64,000 bases of DNA from Utricularia gibba. Taxonomy: Eukaryota; Plantae; Magnoliophyta. Each line of letters starts with the position of its first letter. Position 1 is the first letter of the stretch. Location: the NCBI GenBank assembly GCA_002189035.1, contig CM007991.1:124001-188000 (forward strand). The letters are read 5' to 3'. The notes under the pieces were generated by a model, which worked only from the letters and a program-made list of their open reading frames with translations, did no database searches and was not told the origin of the DNA. Shown here piece after piece: positions 25,585 to 36,329 of this stretch. The translations under genes and the position numbers were made by a program.

Positions 25585-26322
25585 ATGGCCGGAAGTTCTT
25601 CCCGCGCTGATTCACTCACTGAAGATGAGGTACACGAGCTCCCTTCCCGTTAACTCTTTGGAAGTAACATTGGGTTGGATTCGGTAAAAGAGATTCATTT
25701 TGCGTGCAACATTACAGGAATCTGTAGAGGAGTTATCATCCTTTACCGGATTTCAAAAGTCGAAGGAAAAACTTGAACCTGAATCTGAGAATATAGAAGA
25801 AGAAGAAGCAGATTTCTTCGACAAACTCGGTAAACTAGAGGAAGACGAAGAAGATGATCCGCCGTTTCTTACCAGGAACCCACGATTCGACGTTGTTTTC
25901 AGACCCTCTCACGTTGAGCGTACCTTTGTGTTGGTAGAGGCTTCAATCCTATCTGAGCATACGCATTAGCATGTAATCAGTCGCCCCGTTAACATACTCT
26001 CTTTTCTTCACAGAACATGCCAAAAAAGATGCGCTGGCGGCTCCCTCGTGCTCCGATGCGCAGTGTCATACGATGTAAGAACAAGACGTGGGATTTGTTT
26101 TACAGAGGACATTACAGTACTCCGAGGTTTGAAGGTTCCGGTTGGAGAAGCTTCGTGGCAGACAACCGGCTTCGTATCGGAGATGCGTGCGTTTTCGAAC
26201 TGATGACATGCAACGAGACGTTGCTCGAGTTCAAGGTGCAGATTTTGCGGCATGATCTCCCCCCTGAGCTCGCTGCTTATCTGAGCAACACGGGGAGTCC
26301 GAGGAGAACCCCATTGGGATAA
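25585..26322 (+). CDS. Single B3 DNA-binding domain protein (REM-like), 3 exons
   Basis: Acidic N-terminus, then NPRFDVVFRPSHV...FEGSGWRSFVADNRLRIGDACVFEL. GT-AG splicing keeps the frame. Confidence 0.85.
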
Positions 26323-27357
26323 CATGAACTTGAGCTGCGCCTTGGGCTATGTGATTCTGACAGCATTTCCCTGATTCCACTGGTACTGCTGCTATTGGCA
26401 TCTCTAGTATTGTTGCAGGTTTCTCTGTACGTAAATTCAAGCTTAGTTGTGTCCTGGAAAAAGAACAAGAAATGCAACATCATTCAGAGGAACTTCTTTG
26501 AAAACAGAGAATGAACATCAGAGACTGAATATAAAAAAACAGATCAAGAACCATGAAATATCATACACAAACAGAGAATGAACATCAGAGCAAGCGTCTA
26601 GGATGCGAGCTGTAGAGAGCATTTTGAAAACATCTCGTTCCATTACGAGCCGGCTTTTGGGATGCTAATCCTCCCTTGACTATATTACACAGTTGGCTCT
26701 CTGGCTATTAAGAAAAATGCATCATTGCAAGAGAGCACAAACAAAAAATCACAACGGAGTTGCCCCCGCAGCCTAGATTTCACTCCGAATTCATCAAAAT
26801 CTCTTCTTTCAATAAATTTTTCATGGACAGAGCTGCCGTTCAGTCTTTTACAATTCCAAAACCCGCAGATAGTGATGCAAAAGGGATTGGAAGACAGAGT
26901 AGCAAATGAAAGCATCAGCCAAATTCACTTGGGCACAAATCTATTGGGGAGGTCACTTGATGCAGGCAAAGAAAAAGAAAACACTCGCTTTTATTGTTTG
27001 GATTGTAGATAAGTTTCCAGAATCTCCCAACAAGTCTAAAAAAAGAGAGCTTAATTCTAATCATTAACAGCAACAAAAGTCATGAAAGGTTTTCACGAGA
27101 CAACAAGCTGCCCAAAGAAAACCAAACTAGGAATGAAAATGCAGGGAAGAAATACTCCGGCAAGACACAAAATCGTTGCTTCTGAGAAACACAACGAACC
27201 ACGATCTTGAATAACCTGAAAAGGGCGCCCCACCCAGATTAATTCAACCCCAAAATCAATCCAAGAGTTGAAAATGGGTTGCAAAGGTACCTGAAATTTC
27301 CAGAAAAAAGGGTCTTCTCCTTCCTTGCCTCCCAACCCCCCCACCCATGTATTAGGG

Positions 27358-28363
27358 TTAGTGTGAAATTTCACGCGCTATGTTCCCTTCAAAATACGCC
27401 CATGATGCTGCCTCATCATCGCTAGTTCCACAGCTATCACTGCCAGTTTCATCTGACGGCCACCCTTCATAACCCGATGTAGTTTCTACCGCCATCTCGT
27501 GAGTAATTTCAGCCGGGGATATAACAAACGCACCGCCTTCATGATGACTCCGCCAACCATCGCTATCATCGGCTGTGTTCGCAAAATACGCCCATACATC
27601 GGCCTCATCATCCCTAGTTCCACGGCTATTACCACCGATTTCATCTGCCGGCCACCCTTCAAATCCCGATGTAGTTTCCACAGTCCCCGCCATCTCCTGA
27701 GTGATTTCAGTCGGGGATATAACAAACGCACGGCCTTCATGTTCACTCTGCCAACCATCGCTATCGTCGGCCCGCCTTCTAGTAACTCGATCTAAAGCCT
27801 CTCTGATCCTATAAATATGATCAGCGAATTCGTAACGTCGCATCGACCCAATCTCCTCTCCCCCGGAAACTTATGGCGACAAACAGGGCAAGAATTGTTA
27901 ATTTCCAGCCAAGGGACAATACGTTCAGAATGAAAATTGTGTTTACAGGGCGTCACTTTCACGGCCGAGGCAACCGTAAACGCGTCCTTACAAATGGGTC
28001 AGAGCATAGTCGGATCACTCTCAGATGTGATAATCACATCTTTAAGTGCCTCCACTGCCGACATTGGAGCGGGCTCCAGGCACGGATTCGCCGCGCTGGC
28101 GATTGTGGTCGTCATGCCGAAGATCATGAAGTCAAAATAAGTACCAGTGAGTGGGTAACCGTCATCGTTGTCTAGGTATTCTGCCGGCGTCGGAGAAGAC
28201 ACATGGGCATCAATCTCTTCAAAGGTGCCACCGTGGCAGTAAGGGCAGAGGAAGCTCTCCGGAGTCGCAGACGGGGAAATCCCGAGACTCCTAACGCAGG
28301 AGTGACACCAATACTCTGGGTGGGAGAAGAGGGGGGCAAGGCGGCGGACGGCGGGGATGACAC
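27358..28363 (-). pseudogene. Decayed zinc-ribbon + RING-H2 E3 ligase (RING1-like/RHC type)
   Basis: YWCHSC...CPYCHGGTFEEI zinc ribbon. The RING reads *PIC...PCKHNFHSERIVPWLEINNSCPVCR, with the first Cys as TGA (27999-28001) and another ligand Cys as Arg. The presumptive start is GTG and there are two frame breaks. Confidence 0.85.
27382..27771 (-). repeat. Diverged in-frame tandem duplication (198 nt + 192 nt)
   Basis: Two units ADDSDGW...AFVISP...VETTSG.EGWP.DE...DDEA..WAYF, with 47 of 64 aligned residues identical by manual alignment. Confidence 0.92.
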
Positions 28364-29073
28364 CGGCTTTCCTGAATTTAACTCGGTCCGGGATTGGAAA
28401 CTTTTTAGCGTCGGGGAATTAGGGCTATAAATCTGCAAAATAAGTTGGAAGCGGGAATCGCTAACAATACTCATCATTCAAATAATATTAATATTAATAT
28501 TTATTTATTATGCAATTATCATATATTGCATATTTTGTTATTTCATTTATTTTGAAAAACCTTATTAAATTTTTCCATTAACAAAATAAACTACCTTTAT
28601 TTTATAAAAAAATAATTTTGTTGACGGAATTATTATAAAAAATATGTAAATAGATTGTCTAAATCAAAGGGATATATATGTGTCTAAAAAGGGTAATTTT
28701 GCTTTGAAAATTAAATTATTTTAATTATTTATGATAGAATTTAAACTATTTGGATCAACAAGTGAATTTGTGTCCATCCACTCAGTAAAGTCCATTAAAA
28801 AAATAATGATATTCTAATCTATTTATAATAAAATTAATCATTTTTAATATTAATTTTTACAAAAGTGGATTTCTTTTAAATTCCGTACAATAGGGATTTA
28901 CTAGTGATTAGTGGGACGCGAGAAAGAAAAGGTATTTGGTTTTGAATTTGGGTGTTGAGACACAGTAGCTTCTTTTACGGTTCTTTGTGGGGTGCAAACC
29001 AGGTGCGTGAATTTTGAGCTCTTAGATTCACCTTCGCCTGAATCTTGAGCTAGGTCTCTTTAATCAAGGGGAG

Positions 29074-31642
29074 ATGAGCGCAGATCTGGTGGCTTCGAGC
29101 GCCCATGGGAGCCTGGATGAGCAGATTGCGCAGCTCATGCAGTGCAAGCCCTTGTCCGAGCCTGAGGTTGCGAAATTTTAGTTTTTGATGTCAGTGTTTC
29201 TGTTGTTCTCATGATTTCAACGGATGGGACGCTATTTCTGTTAGATCTAGGGATTGGGTGACCCTATCCTGGCTTCGATTTAACTTTTATGGAGTTTCGG
29301 TTGATTTGGGCGATTTTAGATATTGGTTTCGAATTCGAAATATTAGTTCTTGATGATGTTCTACGGATTTCTTTTGCGTTCTTGGGAGGTAGTCGTCGTG
29401 TTTATTTTTAACAAGTGAAAGGGTTATATTTTTCTATTGAGTGAATTGTAAAAAAAAAGTACGAAGTAATCCCTCTTATGGACCACCCGTGAGAAGTGCG
29501 TGATTGGTTTTTCCTAGAAAATTGCAAGAAAGGAAGTGTGCCGTTCTTAGAGGCGATTTACGATAATCTGTCATGGTTTAAATTTGATAATTAAACGATG
29601 CAACGCTCATGTGTGAATATTGATCATCTTGCAAGCATAGGTGCGGGCCTTGTGTGAGAAGGCAAAGGAGATACTAAAGGAGGAGAGTAATGTTCAGGTA
29701 TGAATTCGTTGTTTCTCTCAGATAATTCGTGAGGAGGGGGAGGAGATACATGCCGTTACTTCTAGTTGTTCATTTGGATGCTTTTCAGTGAGTTTTTTTT
29801 TCTTCTTTTTCTTCTTATTATGGGGATCCTATATTAAGCATTTTCTTGTCATGTGCAGCCTGTGAAAAGCCCAGTGACAATTTGTGGTGATATTCATGGC
29901 CAATTTCACGATCTTGCTGAACTTTTTCGCATTGGAGGGAAGGTAAAATATTAGCCGTGTGTGATAACAGCCTGTGCAGTTTTTTGTTTGATTTTACATC
30001 ATCGTGGCGTCTTGGCTAGCTATAATTGAATGACTCATGTCCAGCTGTTGTGATATTGACAGTGCCCGGATACTAACTACCTGTTCATGGGTGATTATGT
30101 TGATCGTGGCTACTATTCAGTTGAAACTGTTACGGTAAGAGATGACTCGTGAATTTTTAGCTGTTCCATGTACCCCTCTTCTTTTGATACCCGCTCGTTA
30201 ATTCTGATGAACTGCCTTTTTTGCAGCTTTTAGTTGCCTTAAAAGTACGGTATTCACAGAGGATCACTATTCTTAGAGGCAATCATGAGAGTAGACAGGT
30301 GTTGATGACACTGAGGAGACCTTTTCTGTTCCATTTGCATTTTATTATTATGCACTCTGTCAAGCGCTTTCTGGACTGATCGTATTTCTTTATTTTTCAG
30401 ATAACGCAAGTTTATGGGTTCTATGATGAATGCCTGCGGAAGTGAGTTGCTCCTATCATTCACCTGATAATCATTCGGCTCTTTATCCAGTGACATTTTT
30501 TGAATTTGGGGCAGTGTCACTGGGTAAATGATATGTTTTATATTAGAACATACTTTGTCTTTCTTATTGCTTCTGTTTGTTTCGAGTGTTGGGTGTTGTT
30601 ATTTGTTAAGATTGTCATCGTTCTTCCTACAGAATTTGGAAAGTAGTTTGTTATGTGTTTAGACTCAACTGCCCTTTGCCATGTTTTCTGTAGTTGTCAG
30701 TCCTGAATACTGATACGTTTCCGAACATATGGCAGGTATGGAAATGCGAATGTCTGGAAAATATTCACCGATCTCTTTGACTATTTTCCCTTGACCGCAT
30801 TGGTTAGTTGAAGTTTTCAATTTGGTGTTTACGCGTATATTGTTTTCCTGCTTGGTAACACTTTGTGTTCGGCTTCCATGTCCCTTGACACATAGCGCTT
30901 TTACTTCATGTAGGTAGAATCAGAAATATTTTGTCTCCACGGTGGATTGTCTCCCTCTGTTGAAACCCTTGATAATATAAGAAACTTTGATCGAGTACAA
31001 GAAGTCCCTCATGAAGGCCCAATGTGTGATTTACTATGGTCAGATCCGGATGATCGTTGTGGTTGGGGCATTTCACCTCGTGGTGCTGGATACACATTTG
31101 GCCAGGTACCTCTTCACTCAATTGTACTAGCTTTTTCCATTCTTCCTCGCAGGTTACTTCTCCATCTGCATAACTTTCCTATTACCTCCCAGGATATATC
31201 TGAGCAATTCAATCACACCAACAACTTGAAACTGATTGCTAGAGCTCATCAGCTGGTTATGGAAGGATACAACTGGGCCCATGTATTGTCATCACTGTTC
31301 CTGTCTTTAATACATCTCATCTTATACCGTTTGCCATCCACAGTAGCACAATGTCAATTATGATCGTTTTTGACGAATGCAGGAGCAAAAGGTTGTCACC
31401 ATCTTCAGTGCCCCAAATTATTGCTATCGTTGTGGGAACATGGCGTCAATCCTCGAGGTAGATGACTGTGGAGACCACACCTTTATTCAGGTAGTCATTC
31501 TATCACATCTCCCTCTACCTTACATGCAATGCCGTATAACTTGAATTCTTTGCCATTTTTATTTGCATCAATGCAGTTTGAGCCAGCCCCAAGAAGGGGA
31601 GAACCAGATGTGACTCGAAGGACACCCGATTACTTCCTTTAG
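29074..31642 (+). CDS. PP2Ac: Protein phosphatase 2A catalytic subunit (subfamily II, PP2A-3/4-like)
   Basis: GDIHGQ, GDYVDRG and RGNHE motifs, C-terminal TPDYFL, and 11 exons in frame. Confidence 0.97.
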
Positions 31643-32036
31643 AGCAATCCATCACTGAGTTCTCTGGGTTTTATGTCGTCAAGGGCTCCGCAATCAGGTT
31701 TGTATCAGGCGAGTGGTACCATAAGAGATGAACCTGCCCACATGATTTTGGAGCCATATTCTCTGACTCAGAGGTAGGATGGCTTGGAAAACAGCATCCC
31801 TGGTGTGTAACTTGTCATCTCTTCCTCACCCCAGATTTCTCGTACAATAATGACTGCTTTTTTTTTTTAATCTCTTTTTGTCAACATTTCCCCTGATGTT
31901 CTTTCTTTCCATGTGTAATCCCCCATTCCAAAGCCTGCTGTGTTATTTACTACAGGGTTTGTCATGTTTGAAACACAGGACGACTTCCTTACAGTATGAT
32001 TATTATCATTAATCACTATGATGATAGCTCTTAAGA

Positions 32037-33760
32037 CTAAGGGCAATGAGGGTTTCTCCCCGGGCCTCCATAGAAGATATGGTTCTTTAAATTATCGTTA
32101 TAACCAGCTCTCACCCCATAGCACTCCGGGCTATTTGCCTTCACCCGGAAGTCCCCAACCTGCGTGACTCTGAAAGATCTATCGATGGTCTCCAATCCCC
32201 CGATGTACGCTGCTCTCGTGAGCCCCTCCTCTGGGAAATGCCCGCTGCCCATCTGAGTCGTCGTGTGCTGATCTCCAATGTTGGTGTTCAAAACAACACC
32301 ACCCCAGTTGACATTGTTGGCCACCTTCCTCAAGCTCTTGAAGAGGGCCCCTGGCCAATACCCCACCAACTCATTCTGAACCCTGAGGAAGTAGTTTTTC
32401 GAATGTGGATCCTGTGAACCGTCTCCAAGTCAGTGTACACAGTGGCATTCTGACATCCTTAGTTATCCCGACAAACCTGCCACATGCTGATGCTGACGAA
32501 ATAACCTTGACCTCTGTAGGTAGAAATCGTCCCAAGAGCCGCCCCTAAAGCGATTTTGTAGCTGGTTTGGACAAACCCGGAGCATATCAAGTTGTAGCAG
32601 CCTGTAGCTCTGTAGGTGTCTGTCTGCACAGTAAAAAAAATGTCTTCCCTGAATGCAAAAGATCAAATTGCCGCAACTGAAGTTAGAAGTTCATGATAAT
32701 GCTCACAGTCCAGTGGATGAACAGTCTCGTTCGCTTATCTCCATACAGTGAGGGAGATACCTGCATTTCCATACATGTTCGTGAGGAATAAACGAAAGAA
32801 TGGATAAAAAACCATACAAAAAAGATTTGAACAAGTTAATCACTAGTGTGTTACTGTGTCAACAAAACGTGTCCATTACATGCACTCCCGCTTCAATCGC
32901 TTCGGCATCCACGCTACCGCGTCCAACAATCCACATCTGCGCAGAAGTGTGTTCTTGTTGCGCTTGAACCACAGGGTTCCATACATTGAACATCCCATTT
33001 CCTCCATAGTAGAGCCCTTCTTTAGAAAGTGCCATCGCAAACTGAAGAAAACAAATCAAGTGCATATTGCGAATCACTAAATAGCATTCGCGTATGCCAT
33101 CTCTCTTCTTCTTTTTTGACGATTATACCTCGTTAACCCAATTGATCATTTCTGGTTGAACTGAACCCGGGAGTATGGAGTTCGGAGCTTTCTTGCCGTA
33201 GGCTTCAATGGAAGGTGCTTTGAGTACATTTTCTCTCCTGGTTCTTAGTATTGGGATTGTTCCTGGGGAGCATCTTCCGTACTCGTGCCAATCTTGAGCC
33301 AGTTCTCCTGCCACTCTGCTCTCGTTCCACCCTTCCAGATAACTGCTAGGACTTATCTGCAACATTTGATCCAAGAACAATGAGGTCATACTGCACCAAG
33401 TCCATACAACATTTGTACGGATCCATGGAGGCTTCTGGCTCAAATACCTGAATGGTATGGTTTCGAAGCAAGGGATGATCGAAGGCTGGTTGGTGAAGAA
33501 TATCAATACAATCGATGGTATCTCCATCCGCAACCTGCATATCCCGTAGTAAGCATCCAATCACACTCATTAAGCGTTTACTAAATTTGTTCTTGTTAAC
33601 TGATAAGCGAGAAGAAGATGCATACGTTGATGGACTTGACGGGAGGCTTGTTCAGGCGAGCCAACAGCTTCTCCACTTCAAGATTCCGGTCGGCCGCGCC
33701 GGCGGAGTACAAGACTGCCGATATGAGCAGTAGGCAGCAGGACAACATGAGTGAGGCCAT
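32037..33760 (-). CDS. Neprosin-like (activation peptide + DUF239) secreted protein
   Basis: Signal peptide, prodomain [21 protein letters not shown] and CSPGTIPI, mature domain [21 protein letters not shown] and QMGSGHFP. Six exons in frame. Confidence 0.93.
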
Positions 33761-33801
33761 CGTTATTTCGGTTCATTGAAACGGCCTGCTCAGCCATTGA
33801 C

Positions 33802-33809
33802 TATTTATA
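33802..33809 (-). promoter_or_regulatory. Probable TATA box of the neprosin-like gene
   Basis: TATAAATA on the minus strand about 42 nt upstream of the ATG. Confidence 0.5.
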
Positions 33810-34176
33810 GAAAGTACTGAATATGTTTTATAAGCGAAATTATATTTAATATTTTTACCCGAATTTTAATTTTCCGTAGATGCATATTTCAACATTTGAA
33901 TTGAGAAGATTTTATTACTAAATTAAAATTTGACTGGCTTCAATTTAACCCTAAACACCAAAATCTGAACTCAACTCTATTAATTTGATATTTATATTCA
34001 TTTTCATTAATTTGAAAAGTAGAGTTGGACCGGAAGGATGACGAAAAAGTGATCTATTGGGCGCAGATTCTAACAGGTCGACTAGGAGTGCAAGGCCCGG
34101 CCCAGAAACTAATCCCAAACCACTTTTATGGTCTCTGGCCTATTCAAGGCGTGTACCGAGGGCAGGGAACGGGGAA

Positions 34177-34660
34177 ATGTCGCCGCCGACGGGATTTCTT
34201 CGCGGAACCCGGGCTTTTATTGCCGCTGCGCGGTATACGTCAACACGTTCGAAAACGGTTGTTTCTGCGGCGGCGCCGGCGAAGGAGACGAGTGCTTCGA
34301 AGTCAGCTAAGCTGGAAAAGGAAAAGAAGGTTCCGAGTGGGGGAATAACGAAAGTCCTGCCTATATCTCAGACTCTCCAAAGCTTCGTTGGTGAGCCTGA
34401 GATTTCTCGTGTTCAGGCTGTGAAGAAAGTCTGGGAATATATCAAGTTGAACAAACTCCAGGTAATTAGGAGTGTTCTGTAATTAGTGTTTCTTTTCGGT
34501 GTATCCAGATTCCGTAATGGAGCGTCTGCTTCTGCAGAATCCGACGAATAAGAAGGAGATTGTGTGCGATGCAAAGTTGAAGAAGGTCTTTAATGGGAAA
34601 GATAAAGTTGATATGCTGGAGATTGCGAAGCTTCTTTCTTCCCATTTTGTGAAGAATTAA
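34177..34660 (+). CDS. Small SWIB/MDM2 domain protein, probably organelle-targeted
   Basis: R/A/S-rich N-terminus, then GITKVLPISQTLQSFVGEPEISRVQAVKKVWEYIKLNKLQ|NPTNKKEIVCDAKLKKVF. Confidence 0.9.
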
Positions 34661-34997
34661 TTGACTGGGAATGGGGGGGCCTGCGAACCTGCATCAGTTC
34701 TCATTAGGCAACACTTAGCTTTACCTTTTGCACCTGTCTGATTAGGTTCTGGAACTTGGTATTTTTGTACAGAACAAGCGCGAGTGCACTGGTTATTTCA
34801 AGCTGTCTTCTCTGTTGCAACGCTTTGTTCCAGATTTGTGCTCAGATTCTAATGCAATTAGTTACTTTGACTTGGCTCTCGAACAGAATATGATGTTCAT
34901 TTTCTCTGTGCGGCACCAACGTAACCTCTACTCTGTTTGGTGTTCTAAGGTCAGCAAATAGAATGCTGCATGATTCAGTTTTTTGGTGTACAAATTT

Positions 34998-36329
34998 CTA
35001 CATGAGAAGGTGATGGACCCATTGCTCGACAACAGCAGGGGAACCATACCAGGGTCTGGTTTCATCATCTGATCCAACAGGTGAATGATAAACGCCGTCC
35101 AGGCTAAGGTTCAACGCGCCTTCTAAATGTGCAGCTACCTCAGGGACAATTCCATCACCCCATACATCTGCTTCACCGCATACCTGCTTATAGCCTTGGC
35201 CGACGAATCGAGCTTGAAAACTGTTAGGCTGCACTGCAGTCAAGCCTGCTCCACTGGAAGCTTCCTCGGTTGCAATGCTATTGGTGCTGGATCCAAGAAG
35301 ACGAACTCCTTGGAGATACCTCCCTGCAATGCACACATATCTGAGCTGTGGTGTGTACACAGCTTTTGGACAATGGTTTTCCACATAATCAAGGAGGCCC
35401 CTGGTTTGGTCTATTACTCCTGATATGCCTTTCGGTGGTGCCCTGTATCGTGTGGGTGAGTCCGACACTCGCGAGACACAAAAGATTCACTGTACAGATT
35501 AATGGAGCAATAGATTCTTACATATGGGGGTCCCTAAAGTCAAGAGGAGAGAAACATCAGACACACCAAACTCTTGTAAGTAAACACGGGCAAGCCAGCC
35601 TCCGGCTGAATGACCGATCAAAGATATTTCTGAACCTGCTGATGAACAAATCATGAACTTCTACTACTTCATTGAAACTAGTAATATGTAGGTAAGCTTA
35701 GAACCTTTAGCCATCTCTCTAGCTAAGGCCACGGCTTCCTCAACCCTCTCCAAGTACCTGCACTCGTACGTATATACTACATGCATCACGAACCTTGCAT
35801 TGCTAGTAAAACCATGGCTCATATTTGTATATATGTGTGCGTTGAGGTTCTTTGTTATTGAATGTTATTGCAGAGAGCACAACAAGGGAAAATTTACCAA
35901 TCAAGAACCGGCCGAGGACGTAGCGTCCCCCGCCAATAATTCCCGTCCAGCAAACCGGCAGCATTTCTGAGCCAATCAATTCTTGACACTTTTGCAGTTA
36001 CAGTCTCAACTCCGTAATCTTTCAAGACCAAGGCCAATTTCTTGTAATCATCGGTGTTGTTTCCTAAACCCTGCAGAAATCAGGTACGCCCACAAGAAAC
36101 AGGAACCGAAAGTCAAAACCTCGTTCATGTATTTCTTCATATTTCAATAAAAACGGATGGAGAAATTAGCTGGAAGAATCACGGCAGGGCGGTAATTGGT
36201 CACGGCGGCGGGTGAAGAAGATACTGCGTCGTTTTGAGAGACGGTTGAGCTGCAGCGGCACCGGAGAGTTGAGAGTTTTAGCCTTGACGCCGGTGAAGGA
36301 AGCTGCAACGATGCCAGAGGCGCAGCCAT
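34998..36329 (-). CDS. Plastid-targeted alpha/beta hydrolase, PGAP1-like, with an apparent 1-nt frameshift near 35526
   Basis: Transit-peptide-like start, RPAVILP|GLGNN, nucleophile motif GHSAG, LTLGTP and DGIVP. Contains a GC-AG first intron. Confidence 0.85.

Noticed and set aside
26503-26591. 22-bp direct repeat AAACAGAGAATGAACATCAGAG (twice), and similarly a 17-bp AATTCTAATCTGAATGC repeat at about 54955 and 55023
   Set aside because: Short local duplications with no TIR/LTR or array structure. Not CRISPR-like, and the DNA is eukaryotic.
27999-28001. In-frame TGA exactly at a conserved Cys, suggesting selenocysteine recoding
   Set aside because: Land plants lack the Sec machinery, and the same locus has other disabling lesions, so nonsense mutation is the simpler explanation.
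28480-28900. Very AT-rich intergenic blocks (also about 49790-50220, 54330-55040 and 60850-61500) as possible transposon remnants
   Set aside because: No terminal repeats, target-site duplications or transposase fragments could be identified by eye.
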